A DNA stretch of 64,000 nucleotides from Puniceicoccaceae bacterium (GTDB taxonomy: Bacteria > Verrucomicrobiota > Verrucomicrobiia > Opitutales > Oceanipulchritudinaceae). The stretch is taken from NCBI GenBank assembly GCA_040830765.1, contig JBFOMH010000018.1:1-64000 (forward strand), in the 5' to 3' direction. The first letter of the stretch is position 1, and the number at the start of each line of letters is the position of its first letter. A model generated the notes under the pieces. That model did no database searches. It was not told the DNA's origin and worked only from the letters and a program-made list of their open reading frames with translations. The translations under genes and the position numbers were made by a program. Shown here piece after piece: positions 18,129 to 28,014 of the stretch.

Positions 18129-19802
18129 ATGCAAAAGCATCCTATCACGAAATACTCCCCCTACCCGCCGGTCGATCTTCCGGATCGCCAGTGGCCGGGC
18201 AAGCGCATCGAGAAGGCACCCGTCTGGTGCTCCGTCGATTTGCGGGATGGCAACCAGGCTTTGCCGATCCCCATGACAGTCGAGGAGAAGATGGAGCTAT
18301 TTGCGCACCTCGTGGAGATCGGATTCAAGGAGATTGAGGTTGGCTTTCCCAGCGCCTCGGAGACGGAATACCGCTTCCTCAGGACCCTGATCGATGAGGG
18401 CCGCATTCCCGACGATGTCACCGTCCAGTGTCTCGTCCAGTGCCGCGAGCACCTCATCCGGAGGACATTTGAGGCCATCGACGGCGCAAAAAACGCCATC
18501 GTCCACTTCTACAACAGCACCAACCCGCTCCAGCGCCGGGTCACCTTCAACATGGATGAGGCGGCCATCAAGGCCATCGCTGTCGAGGGGGCGCAATTGT
18601 GTCGCGACCTCATGGGCACAACCAGTTGCGAAAATGTCCGCTTTGAATATTCCCCGGAAAGTTTCTCCGACACCGAACTGGCCTACTCGCTCGAGGTCTG
18701 CGAGGCCGTCAAGGAAGTGATCCAGCCCACCCCGGAGAACAAGCTGATCCTCAACCTGCCGGCAACTGTGGAGCTCTTTACCCCCAATGTCCATGCAGAC
18801 CAGATTGAGTGGTTCTGCCGCAATGTTTCCGGCCGGGATTCGGTATTAATCAGCCTCCACACCCACAACGACCGGGGAACCGGAGTTGCCGCCACCGAAT
18901 TGGGCCTGATGGCTGGGGCGGACCGGGTGGAAGGCACCCTTTTCGGCAACGGCGAGCGGACCGGCAACCTCGACATCGTCACCGTGGCACTCAACATGTA
19001 CACCCAGGGGGTCGACCCGGTGCTCGACTTCAGCAATCTCGGCCGCACCCGCGAGATTTATGAGCGCACCACCCGGATGGGTGTTCACGAGCGCCATCCC
19101 TACGGCGGCGACCTCGTCTTCACCGCCTTCAGTGGTTCCCATCAGGATGCCATCAAGAAGGGCATGGATGCTCAAAAGAAGGCCAACTCGATGAATTGGC
19201 AGGTTCCCTACCTGCCGATTGACTGCCAGGACATCGGCCGTACCTATCAGGCCATTATCCGTATCAACAGCCAGAGCGGCAAGGGCGGTGTTGCTTACGT
19301 CCTTGAGCGCAGTTACGGCATCGAGATGCCCAAGCGGATGCATCCGGAGTTCGGTACGGTTGTCACCGCCCTCGCCGATGACCAGAGCGCTGAACTCAAC
19401 AGCCTGCAGATTTATGAAGCCTTCGAGCAGGAGTACCTCAACCGCAAGGAACCCCTGGAGCTGCTCGACTACGACATTGACCACAAGCCGGACGACGTCC
19501 ACAGGGTCCATATGGAGGCCAAGGTTATCGTCAACGGAAAGGAACAAATCCTTAATGGACGCGGTAACGGTCCCATTGCGGCATTTGTCAGTGCCCTCGA
19601 CGAGGCTGGCCTGAAGGACTTCCACCTGCAGAATTACTCCCAGCACGCCATTGCCCGGGGTAGTGCCGCCGATGCGGTCAGTTTCGTGGAAATCCAGCGG
19701 GTCAGTGACAACCGTTCCTTCTGGGGCGCTAGCATCGACTCCAACGTCGAGAATGGCGGCTTGATGGCACTCGTCAGCGCTTACAACCGCTCCCAGGCCT
19801 GA
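18129..19802 (+). CDS. leuA: 2-isopropylmalate synthase (LeuA, type 2)
   Basis: SVDLRDGNQAL, EIEVGFP, SLHTHNDRG, GNGERTGN, AFSGSHQDAI, IRINSQSGKGG. Confidence 0.97.
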   Translation: MQKHPITKYSPYPPVDLPDRQWPGKRIEKAPVWCSVDLRDGNQALPIPMTVEEKMELFAHLVEIGFKEIEVGFPSASETEYRFLRTLIDEGRIPDDVTVQCLVQCREHLIRRTFEAIDGAKNAIVHFYNSTNPLQRRVTFNMDEAAIKAIAVEGAQLCRDLMGTTSCENVRFEYSPESFSDTELAYSLEVCEAVKEVIQPTPENKLILNLPATVELFTPNVHADQIEWFCRNVSGRDSVLISLHTHNDRGTGVAATELGLMAGADRVEGTLFGNGERTGNLDIVTVALNMYTQGVDPVLDFSNLGRTREIYERTTRMGVHERHPYGGDLVFTAFSGSHQDAIKKGMDAQKKANSMNWQVPYLPIDCQDIGRTYQAIIRINSQSGKGGVAYVLERSYGIEMPKRMHPEFGTVVTALADDQSAELNSLQIYEAFEQEYLNRKEPLELLDYDIDHKPDDVHRVHMEAKVIVNGKEQILNGRGNGPIAAFVSALDEAGLKDFHLQNYSQHAIARGSAADAVSFVEIQRVSDNRSFWGASIDSNVENGGLMALVSAYNRSQA

Positions 19803-19803
19803 A

Positions 19804-20646
19804 TCACCGGCGGACCAGTCGGATAATCCCGCTCTGCAGCAGGTAGGCCGCCGCTGCAACCAGGATGATTGTCGGCCCAACCGGCCAGTCGCTCAGGAAA
19901 CTGAGCAGGATCCCGCAGCTGACAAAGGCCAGGGTCAGCAGGCTGGCAATGCCCATCATGCCGCCCAGTGAACGGACATGGTGGCCCGCCATGGCCGCCG
20001 GGATGGTCAGCAGGGCGACCACCAGGACGACCCCGACGACGGAAACCAGCAGGACCACTGTGCAAGCTATCACGCACAGGAGCAGTGTGTAGTAGGCCCC
20101 TACCCGGAGGCCGCGCAGCCGCGCCTGCTCCTCGTCAAAACAAAGGGCCTGCAGGCGGTTGTATCCAAATACCATGACAAGCAGTAACAGCAGATCCATC
20201 AGGGCAACCAGCAACAGGTCCGCCTGCGAAAGAATCAGTATGTTCCCAAAAAGGTAACTCATCGGGTCCACGAATCCGGGTGTCCGCGCGATGAACACCA
20301 GTCCCGCCGCCATGCCGGTGGCCCAGACAGCCCCGATAACGCTGTCCTCCCGCTCAAAACCGGAAGCACGTATCCATGAAATCACGACAGCAGCGAGGAG
20401 GGCCGCCGCCAGTGCACCGATGAGCGGATGCAGCCACTCGACGCCGTGGGCTTTCTGGAAATACAGCGCTGCCCCGATACCTCCAAGCACCGCATGGGAA
20501 ATTGCCCCGGCAACGTAGCTGATCCGCTTGGCGACGACCAGGCTGCCGGTCATCCCAAAGGCAGCACTGGCCAGTAATCCCATCAGGAGTGCCGTGCGGA
20601 GGAAGGTCACGTCCGGGTCAACGAGGGCCTGCCAGAATTCAAGCAT
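19804..20646 (-). CDS. znuB: Zn/Mn ABC transporter permease
   Basis: AISHAVLGG, SYLFGNIL and FDEEQARLRG; multi-TM. Confidence 0.88.
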   Translation of the reverse strand: MLEFWQALVDPDVTFLRTALLMGLLASAAFGMTGSLVVAKRISYVAGAISHAVLGGIGAALYFQKAHGVEWLHPLIGALAAALLAAVVISWIRASGFEREDSVIGAVWATGMAAGLVFIARTPGFVDPMSYLFGNILILSQADLLLVALMDLLLLLVMVFGYNRLQALCFDEEQARLRGLRVGAYYTLLLCVIACTVVLLVSVVGVVLVVALLTIPAAMAGHHVRSLGGMMGIASLLTLAFVSCGILLSFLSDWPVGPTIILVAAAAYLLQSGIIRLVRR

Positions 20647-21418
20647 CGGACTTCTCCCCTTCTTCCGCGTCCTCTAGCTCATGCCCATGGTGGCAGTGGT
20701 CCCCGTGGATCACCGCTTGCACCGGACCGCCATAGAGGTGCTCCAGGGCCTTGTCCTCGACCTGCTCCACCGGATGGACCTCCGCTGTCTTGTTCACGCA
20801 TAACACTTCGTCGACAAGATTGGAGACAAAGGCGGCATCATGGGAAACGAGGAGAATCGTCATCCGGTTATGGAGTTCCTTCAAGTGGGCCAGCAGCTTG
20901 GCCTCAATGTGGGCATCGACCATAGCCGTGGGCTCGTCCAGCAGCAGCACTTCCGGATCGTTGACAAGGGCGCGGGCGATCAAGACGCGTTGCTTCATGC
21001 CGCCCGACAGGTTGATGAAGGACTCCTTGCGCTGGTCCCAGAGATTCACTTCCTCAAGGGCCCGCTGGGTCGCCAGCCGGTCCGCCTTGCTGTAGAAACC
21101 CAGTCCGCTGCCACTCAGGCGCCCCATCCGGACAATTCCCTCCACATCAATCGGGAAGAGCGGATCGATATGGATGTGCTGTGGCATGTAGCCCACCCGC
21201 AGGCGGGACTTGCGCGGACTTTGGCCCAGCACCTTGACCTCCCCCTTCTGCGGCCGAACCAGTCCAAGGATAACCTTCAGGAGGGTACTCTTGCCGCCGC
21301 CATTGGGCCCGACCACGCAGAGGGTTGTCCGTTCCGGGACCGCAAAGCTGACCGACTGCAGCACCGTCACCGGGCCGAAGCGAACCTCCACATCCTTGCA
21401 CTGAATGACCGTATTCAT
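20639..21418 (-). CDS. znuC: Zn/Mn ABC transporter ATP-binding protein
   Basis: GPNGGGKST, LSGGMKQR and LLLDEP; His-rich tail. Confidence 0.88.
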   Translation of the reverse strand: MNTVIQCKDVEVRFGPVTVLQSVSFAVPERTTLCVVGPNGGGKSTLLKVILGLVRPQKGEVKVLGQSPRKSRLRVGYMPQHIHIDPLFPIDVEGIVRMGRLSGSGLGFYSKADRLATQRALEEVNLWDQRKESFINLSGGMKQRVLIARALVNDPEVLLLDEPTAMVDAHIEAKLLAHLKELHNRMTILLVSHDAAFVSNLVDEVLCVNKTAEVHPVEQVEDKALEHLYGGPVQAVIHGDHCHHGHELEDAEEGEKSDA

Positions 21419-21465
21419 TCCTCGATTGGAGGCATCTAAAAAGGATGCCGGGAAAATCCCAAGCC

Positions 21466-22362
21466 TTAATCCGCGGCAAAGGCGCGCAGCAGGGCTTGTC
21501 CGATGTTCTGGAGGTTGGCCTCTACTTGTGGGGACATGGGGTCAATCTCCGCCAGATCGGCACCAATCGCCCGGGCGACGACGTCGGCATGCTTCCGGCT
21601 CTCCTGCGGCTGGATAAAGATGGTGCCAATGCCGGCTTTCTTGGCCCGGACAATCAACTGGTGCAGTTCCCGCGCCGAGGGCCCTTCCCCGCTCGCGGCT
21701 ATTGCTACCTGCTCCAATCCGTAGCGATCGGCGAAATAAGCCAATGCCGGATGATATATGTAGAAGGCCCGGCCACGGTAGGGCTGCAGTCCGGCATCCA
21801 GTTCATCATGGATGACTTGATAGCGCTCCGCTGCTTCCTCCGCTGCCTTGATGAAACGTCCCCTTTCCTGTGGAAGCAATTCGCCAAGGCGGACGGCAAT
21901 CCAGCGCGCCATGTCAGCCAACCGGAGGGGATCCAGCCAGATGTGGGGATCGGTCGCCTCCGTGGCATGGCTGGCACAGGAAGCACAGGCATGATGCTCA
22001 TGGTCATGATGGGCATGTTCACCCAGTGCCAGCACCGGGACCGCCAGGCGCAAATCCAGGACCGTGAGCTGGGGGAACCGGCTTTCCACCTTTTCCAGGA
22101 TGGCCGACTCGTAACCCGCCCCGACCCGGAAGAAGACATCCGCCCCGGAGAGCCAGCGGATCGTCGAGGGTCGTGGCTCAAAAATGGAACAACTGTCACC
22201 GGCCTGCTGCAGGGACATGACTTCCACACGCTCCCCGCCAATGCTTCTTACCAGCTCTTCCAGGGGAAGAACACTGACGCCCACCCGAAGCACTTCCGCC
22301 CGGATAAGTCCGGGTATGGCACAGGCTGAAACAAGAAGGATTGGGAGAACGCCCAGTTTCAT
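21466..22362 (-). CDS. znuA: Zn/Mn ABC transporter substrate-binding protein
   Basis: Signal peptide, His-rich loop, DPHIWLDP and HPALAYFA. Confidence 0.88.
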   Translation of the reverse strand: MKLGVLPILLVSACAIPGLIRAEVLRVGVSVLPLEELVRSIGGERVEVMSLQQAGDSCSIFEPRPSTIRWLSGADVFFRVGAGYESAILEKVESRFPQLTVLDLRLAVPVLALGEHAHHDHEHHACASCASHATEATDPHIWLDPLRLADMARWIAVRLGELLPQERGRFIKAAEEAAERYQVIHDELDAGLQPYRGRAFYIYHPALAYFADRYGLEQVAIAASGEGPSARELHQLIVRAKKAGIGTIFIQPQESRKHADVVARAIGADLAEIDPMSPQVEANLQNIGQALLRAFAAD

Positions 22363-22436
22363 AATCCCGTAATGAGGAATGGGGATCGCCCTCTGCGTCA
22401 AGCGCAAGGGAAACGATTTGGGGGTCGCTTTCATCA

Positions 22437-23891
22437 GTGAATTCCCTATGGATGGATGGCATGCCGGACACCTTCATGAACGGATTCTGGGAATGGGCCA
22501 TTGCGGCCGCCCTGCTTTTTTTCCAGATTGCGGGTCTCGTTCTGGCAGCTCGGGTCATTCTCAGCAACCGTTCCACCCACGGGACCATCGCCTGGGTGAT
22601 CAGTCTAATCCTGCTTCCCTTGGCCGCTGTTCCCATCTACCTCGTTTTCGGCAGGAACCGGCTCCTCTCCTACATCGAGGCCCGCCGCAAGGTCGATCTC
22701 GAGTTTGCCCGCAATCATCCCGTCAAGGCGGTCCGGGCAATCAAGGAATCCGCTACCAAGTGGGGGCTTCTCGAAGGATTGGCCAACACCCGCATGACCG
22801 AAGGGAACGCAGTGCGGATGTTTTTCACTGGGCGCGAGACTTTCGACGCCATGCTGGAGGATATTCGCACCGCCACCAGCTACGTCATCTTTCAGTTCTT
22901 CATTTTCCGTGACGACGAAGAGGGACGGAAGTTTCTCAAGGTCCTCAAGGAAAAGGCCCGCGAGGGGGTGCGCGTCTATTTCATGGTGGACGCTGTTGGC
23001 TCCATTGACCTCAAGAAACCGTTCTTCCGCGAACTGGAGCAGGCCGGGCTCAAAGTTGCACGCTTCTCTCCCGGCCGTTCGCTTCGGGGGCGTCTCCGGA
23101 TTAACTTCCGCAACCACCGCAAGGTCCTCGTGGTCGACGGTCGGGAGGCCTGGATCGGGGGCCACAACATCGGCCGGGAATATGTCGGCAATGATCCCAA
23201 GGTCGGTCCCTGGCGCGATACGCATGCCCGGATCACCGGCCCGGCCATCAATGCCATCCAGCTTTCCTTCCTCGAGGACTGGTACTGGGTCACCCGGGAA
23301 ATGCCGGAGCTGAACTGGGATGTGCCGTCCGAGTCGGAAGGTTCTGTCGAGGCGCTCTGCCTCTCCACCGGGCCCAGCGACCCGGAGGATACCTGCACCC
23401 TCGCCTATGTGCACCTTATCAACCGGGCCGAGCGCCGCTTGTGGATCCACAGTCCTTACTTTGTTCCCTCCGAGGAAGTCATCATCGCCCTCCAGCTGGC
23501 TACCTTGCGCGGCGTTGATGTCCGGGTGCTGATGCCGGCCCAACGGGATCACCTCATGGTCTGGGTCAGCTCATTCTATTTCAGTGCCCTCCCCCAGTTG
23601 AACAAGGTACGGTTTTTTCGCTACAACACGGGCTTTTTCCACAGCAAGATGCTCCTCATGGACGATAACCTGCTCTCGGTGGGCACCGTCAATTTTGACA
23701 ACCGGTCCTTCCGCATCAATTTCGAGTCCACCCTCCTGCTCCATGAAAAGGCCATAATTGAGACCTGCCACAAGCAGATGGCCATGGACTTCGCCAACTC
23801 AACCGAGGATCCTGTGGATCCGCTGGCCACCCGGAGCATTTTCTTCCGGCTGGCGGCCCGTGGAGTGCGCCTGCTCTCTCCCCTGCTCTAG
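22437..23891 (+). CDS. cls: Cardiolipin synthase
   Basis: Two HKD motifs (NHRKVLVVD, FHSKMLLMD) and N-terminal TM hairpin; start uncertain. Confidence 0.92.
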   Translation: MNSLWMDGMPDTFMNGFWEWAIAAALLFFQIAGLVLAARVILSNRSTHGTIAWVISLILLPLAAVPIYLVFGRNRLLSYIEARRKVDLEFARNHPVKAVRAIKESATKWGLLEGLANTRMTEGNAVRMFFTGRETFDAMLEDIRTATSYVIFQFFIFRDDEEGRKFLKVLKEKAREGVRVYFMVDAVGSIDLKKPFFRELEQAGLKVARFSPGRSLRGRLRINFRNHRKVLVVDGREAWIGGHNIGREYVGNDPKVGPWRDTHARITGPAINAIQLSFLEDWYWVTREMPELNWDVPSESEGSVEALCLSTGPSDPEDTCTLAYVHLINRAERRLWIHSPYFVPSEEVIIALQLATLRGVDVRVLMPAQRDHLMVWVSSFYFSALPQLNKVRFFRYNTGFFHSKMLLMDDNLLSVGTVNFDNRSFRINFESTLLLHEKAIIETCHKQMAMDFANSTEDPVDPLATRSIFFRLAARGVRLLSPLL

Positions 23892-23897
23892 GTCCAA

Positions 23898-24635
23898 TCA
23901 ATAAAACACCCGGTCAAGGAACAGGCCTTCGGCTGGCGCTGTCTGGACCGTGTTGGTGCGCTTGCGGCTCTCCAAAATATCACCCATCTGTTCCGGTTCG
24001 AGCTTGCCGATTCCGACGTCAAAGAGACAGCCGGCAAGGCTCCTCACCATGCGATAGAGAAAGCCGTCAGCCTCGGCCCGCAGGAAAACCCGTTCCCCTT
24101 CCCGGGTCACCTCAAGGACGCGCAGATCCTTGACCGGATCATCATCCCGTGCTTCCCCGGGATTGGCCGTGAAAGAGGAAAAGTCGTGCCGGCCGATGAG
24201 CGTCGCGGCCGCTTTGTTCATCCGCTCGACATCCAGTCGCCGGTTGCCGGTCGACCAATACCAGCGCGTTTCAAACGGTCCGGCAAATCCCTCGAAGTAC
24301 TGATACACATAACGTTTTCCTTTGGCCGAGTAGCGGGCATGGAATTCATCGTCAGCGAGCTCCGCATGATAGACCTGGATGCTGTCAGGATAACCGGTCC
24401 GCAAGGCCTTGATAAGGGCTTCCGGACCATGGGCCCAGTCACCGTCAAAGTGAAAGACCTGTCCCCGCGCATGAACCCCGCTGTCGGTCCGCCCGGAACC
24501 ATAGACCGTCACCGACTGCTTCAGGATGACCCGGAGACGCCGCTCGATAAAATCCTGCACGGTGTTGCCGCTTGGCTGGACCTGCCAGCCTTCATACTGT
24601 GTCCCGTCGTAGGCACAGGTGCATTTCCAGCGCAT
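23898..24635 (-). CDS. truA: tRNA pseudouridine(38-40) synthase
   Basis: YDGTQYEGWQ, GSGRTDSGVHA, FLYRMVR and TAPAEGL. Confidence 0.96.
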   Translation of the reverse strand: MRWKCTCAYDGTQYEGWQVQPSGNTVQDFIERRLRVILKQSVTVYGSGRTDSGVHARGQVFHFDGDWAHGPEALIKALRTGYPDSIQVYHAELADDEFHARYSAKGKRYVYQYFEGFAGPFETRWYWSTGNRRLDVERMNKAAATLIGRHDFSSFTANPGEARDDDPVKDLRVLEVTREGERVFLRAEADGFLYRMVRSLAGCLFDVGIGKLEPEQMGDILESRKRTNTVQTAPAEGLFLDRVFY

Positions 24636-24638
24636 CCC

Positions 24639-25091
24639 TCAGTCCTCCTCGTCCTCAAAGGGTTCGAAATCCGGCGGGGCCACCTGCATCGCCAGCCAGT
24701 CCTGGAGAATCAGGGTTGCCGCCCCGGAGTCGACGATGCCGGTCTTGCGGAGGGCCCGTTCCTTTTTCCCGCTCAGGCCAAGGTCCGATTCAACCTTGTG
24801 GGAAGTCAAGCGCTCATCAACCCGGTGCACCGGCAGGGAAAATCGTTCTTCAAGGATAGCGATGAACGCGTCCACTTCCTGTGCCTTGAACCCGACCGTC
24901 CCATCCATGTTGTAGGGATAACCGACGACAAGGTCCGTCACCTTGCGCTCTTCAATCAGACGGCTGATTTGCTGGAGGCGTTGCTCAGCTGTCCCTTCCG
25001 TCGCTGCAGGCAGGGGTGTGGCCACGCCCAGCTCATCGCCCCAGGCAAGGCCGATTCGCTTTTCACCGTAGTCAATCCCAAGGCAACGCAT
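24639..25091 (-). CDS. ruvX: YqgF/RuvX nuclease
   Basis: LGIDYGEKRIGLA, VVGYP, VDERLTS and DSGAA..ILQ. Confidence 0.93.
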   Translation of the reverse strand: MRCLGIDYGEKRIGLAWGDELGVATPLPAATEGTAEQRLQQISRLIEERKVTDLVVGYPYNMDGTVGFKAQEVDAFIAILEERFSLPVHRVDERLTSHKVESDLGLSGKKERALRKTGIVDSGAATLILQDWLAMQVAPPDFEPFEDEED

Positions 25092-25099
25092 AGGCCTCC

Positions 25100-26191
25100 T
25101 CACAATAAATGCTTCAGGCCTTCCTTTGTCCCCAGCAACTTGACCAGTTCCTTGATTTCCTGGGCCTTGTCCTTTGGGCAGACAAGTGTGGCGTCCGGCG
25201 TCTGGACGACGATCAGGTTGTCGGCCCCGATAACCGCCGTCAGGTGGGTGCCATCATTGACCACGATGTTGCCGCTTCCGTCATAAACCACGACCTCCCC
25301 CTTGGAAACATTGTCCTGCGCGTCCTTCGGGTAGTGCCGCTCAACTGCGGGCCACTCCCCGACATCATCCCAGTCAAAGGACGATTCCACCACCTGCACG
25401 GATGCCGCCTTTTCCATAATCGCAAAGTCGACCGATATCTTCTCCAGGTTTGGATAATGTTCCGCCAGCAGGGCATCCAGGGATTCCCCGGCTGCAAGGC
25501 CGGTACGAATCGCTCCCAATGCTGCCCACAGGCCCGGGGTGTGTTGCTCAAACTCGGCCGAGATGACTGGTACCCGCCAGAAGAACATGCCCGCGTTCCA
25601 GTAATACTCACCTGATTCCACGTAGCTGGTGGCGGTTTCCAAATCCGGCTTTTCGCGAAAGGCCTTCACGGCATAGACCGGGCGCCCGGCAATCTCCTGT
25701 TCCACCGCTCCCCGGTGGATGTAGCCATATCCGGTCGCGGGATAGGCCGCCTGAATTCCGATTGTCACCAGTGTGTCAGCTTGTTCCGCCGCCCCGAAGG
25801 CACTTTCCAGGACCGACTGGAAGCCCGCCTTGTCCTGGATGATGTGGTCCGCCGGTAACATCGCAAAACAGCCATCCGGATTCCGGTCGGCTACCAGCAC
25901 GGTCGCCAACCCCACCGCAGCCGCGGTGTCGCGCCCCACGGGCTCGGCAATGACGTTTTCCGGAGGTAACATGGGACAGGTCTCAAGGACAGCCTCCCGC
26001 TGCTCGCTATTGGTAATGATAATCACCCGCTCCGGCGGTACCAGTCCCTCCAGGCGCTTGACCGTCTGGGTCAGCATCGGCTCATCACCAACAATTGGCA
26101 GCAGGTGCTTTGGCCGGGCCAACCGGCTCTGTGGCCAGAATCGTTCCCCTTTTCCCCCAGCCATAATGACAACGTATCGGTTTTCACTCAT
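25100..26191 (-). CDS. manC: Mannose-1-phosphate guanylyltransferase
   Basis: MAGGKGERFWP.SR..RPK, EPVGRDTA, TGYGYI, FREKP and WNAGMF. Confidence 0.92.
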   Translation of the reverse strand: MSENRYVVIMAGGKGERFWPQSRLARPKHLLPIVGDEPMLTQTVKRLEGLVPPERVIIITNSEQREAVLETCPMLPPENVIAEPVGRDTAAAVGLATVLVADRNPDGCFAMLPADHIIQDKAGFQSVLESAFGAAEQADTLVTIGIQAAYPATGYGYIHRGAVEQEIAGRPVYAVKAFREKPDLETATSYVESGEYYWNAGMFFWRVPVISAEFEQHTPGLWAALGAIRTGLAAGESLDALLAEHYPNLEKISVDFAIMEKAASVQVVESSFDWDDVGEWPAVERHYPKDAQDNVSKGEVVVYDGSGNIVVNDGTHLTAVIGADNLIVVQTPDATLVCPKDKAQEIKELVKLLGTKEGLKHLL

Positions 26192-26299
26192 TGTAGGGGC
26201 AAGGTGGAGAGCTTCCTCTCAAATGGCAACGGAAAGTCCGCCCATAATTTTGCCTCCCCGGTTTGCCGAATTGGAAAAACTGGCCATACCTCTCCTCCC

Positions 26300-26656
26300 A
26301 TGGATGCATCGAACCAGGCCGGACTGCCCGAGACACTGCCTCTGGAAATTGATGTCGATGAGGCGGCCGCCAGTTTGCGTAGCGAGGAGGCCCCGCTCCT
26401 CCTTGACGTCCGCGAACATTCGGAACGCGCCTTTTGCCGCATAGGTGACGAGTTGCACATTCCCATTGCGGAGATTCCCCACCGGTGGGATTTCCTGCCC
26501 CGCGACAAGCATCTCCTCGTCTATTGCCACCACGGCATGCGCAGTTTGCGGGTAACTCATTTTCTCCGGCAGGCTGGTTTGCCGAAGGTCCAAAGCCTCC
26601 GCGGCGGCATCGAGGCCTGGTCGCTGCAGATTGACTCCAGTGTCCCGCGTTATTGA
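26300..26656 (+). CDS. Rhodanese-like sulfurtransferase
   Basis: LLDVRE, YCHHGMRS and LRGGIEAWS..ID..VPRY. Confidence 0.9.
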   Translation: MDASNQAGLPETLPLEIDVDEAAASLRSEEAPLLLDVREHSERAFCRIGDELHIPIAEIPHRWDFLPRDKHLLVYCHHGMRSLRVTHFLRQAGLPKVQSLRGGIEAWSLQIDSSVPRY

Positions 26657-28011
26657 GCCGGGACGTCCTCGAGGGGAGCTTCATCCACAGGCAGCCCCAA
26701 ATCCTCTTCCGAGTAGTAGACTTCCTCAACCGGTTCCAGCAAGGCCGCGCGTGAAGATTCGCTTTCCAGCAACACCGGCAGGGCGGCGGCGGCTTCATCC
26801 GGAGCGGAACGGATCCATTGGCGTCCGATAAGGATTTCCAGCATGCTTCGCTCATCCAGATCGAAGACAGACTGGGCCCATACAAGCGCCGTCGCGGGAT
26901 CAAATTCCGCGGTGCTCAGGGCCAACAGGGCAATGGCCCCATCAAGGGTGGAATCCGGGCCGTGCGTGTTCAGCCAACCAGCCAGTGGAGCCGGTCCGTC
27001 ATTGGCGATCCACTCGTCCGAAACGACATCCATCAGCTGTCGCCGGGCTTCCCCGGAGTAATTGCGCCAGGCGTACTCGGCAGCTGCTTCCGGATCAACA
27101 TAGACCCATTCGCGGAGGACATCCCCCATGCCGGCAATTTGCCCCGGAAAGGCTCCGCGCATCCAACGCGCTGCCGCTTCAGGTTCCGCAGTCGCCCATG
27201 TAACGGCAAGGTAGGCGGCTGCATAGGGACTGGAACTGGCCGGAAATTCTCCCAGCCAGGCAATGGCCTCGCGCGGGGTCAGGCTCTGCAGGATACGATC
27301 CATGACCACCACCGCCATCCGGTGACGGAAATCCGATTCGGCCATTTGTTCCAGCAACTGGAACGCCACTGAACTGTCATCCGCCGAGAGACTGGAAACC
27401 ACTACCTCCAGCCAGCGCTCGGCCCGGCGGGAATTGCCCGCCTGGTCGACAACCCAGGCCCAGGCGTCTGCCGCCTTGTCCTTGCTCCAGCCACGCAAGG
27501 CTGCCTGGGTCGCCAGTTCCCGTTCTGGAATCGATGAAAGGGAGGAGGCAAAGGCCACTGCCCGGCGTCCGTCCTCGCTCGCCCAGGATTCAAGGAATTG
27601 CCCCAAAACCTGGTTGCGGCCGGGATTCGGGGGAATTTCCTGCAGAAACTTGATCGCCGCCATTACCTTCCGGGAAGGCAGCCCGCGGGCCAGCCGTTCC
27701 GCATCCATGGCCCGCTCGTCACGGTCACCGGAACGCATGATTGCCCGGAGGGTGTTTTCCATTTGCTCCGTCAGGCCATCTCCGGATCCGACCGACATGA
27801 TACTGCTGATGTCGGCAGGGACACCGGTGTAACGCTCGATGATCAACATCAGTTCGCGTTGCTCAAGGGTCAGGTCGCTGGAGCTGGAACTGTCAGCCCC
27901 GGGGCCGAGATGAAAGGCGAATGCGGACAGGATGCCGAGGACGAAGACCACGCCGAGGGAGGCCATCCAGCCCAATCCCAGCATTACTGCATTCACTTCC
28001 TTGCGTTTCAT
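26650..28011 (-). CDS. Membrane-anchored hypothetical protein with alpha-helical W..DP.AA..W repeats
   Basis: N-terminal TM followed by about 8 repeats such as WATAEPEAAARW and WVYVDPEAAAEY. Confidence 0.75.
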   Translation of the reverse strand: MKRKEVNAVMLGLGWMASLGVVFVLGILSAFAFHLGPGADSSSSSDLTLEQRELMLIIERYTGVPADISSIMSVGSGDGLTEQMENTLRAIMRSGDRDERAMDAERLARGLPSRKVMAAIKFLQEIPPNPGRNQVLGQFLESWASEDGRRAVAFASSLSSIPERELATQAALRGWSKDKAADAWAWVVDQAGNSRRAERWLEVVVSSLSADDSSVAFQLLEQMAESDFRHRMAVVVMDRILQSLTPREAIAWLGEFPASSSPYAAAYLAVTWATAEPEAAARWMRGAFPGQIAGMGDVLREWVYVDPEAAAEYAWRNYSGEARRQLMDVVSDEWIANDGPAPLAGWLNTHGPDSTLDGAIALLALSTAEFDPATALVWAQSVFDLDERSMLEILIGRQWIRSAPDEAAAALPVLLESESSRAALLEPVEEVYYSEEDLGLPVDEAPLEDVPAQ

Positions 28012-28014
28012 GGT

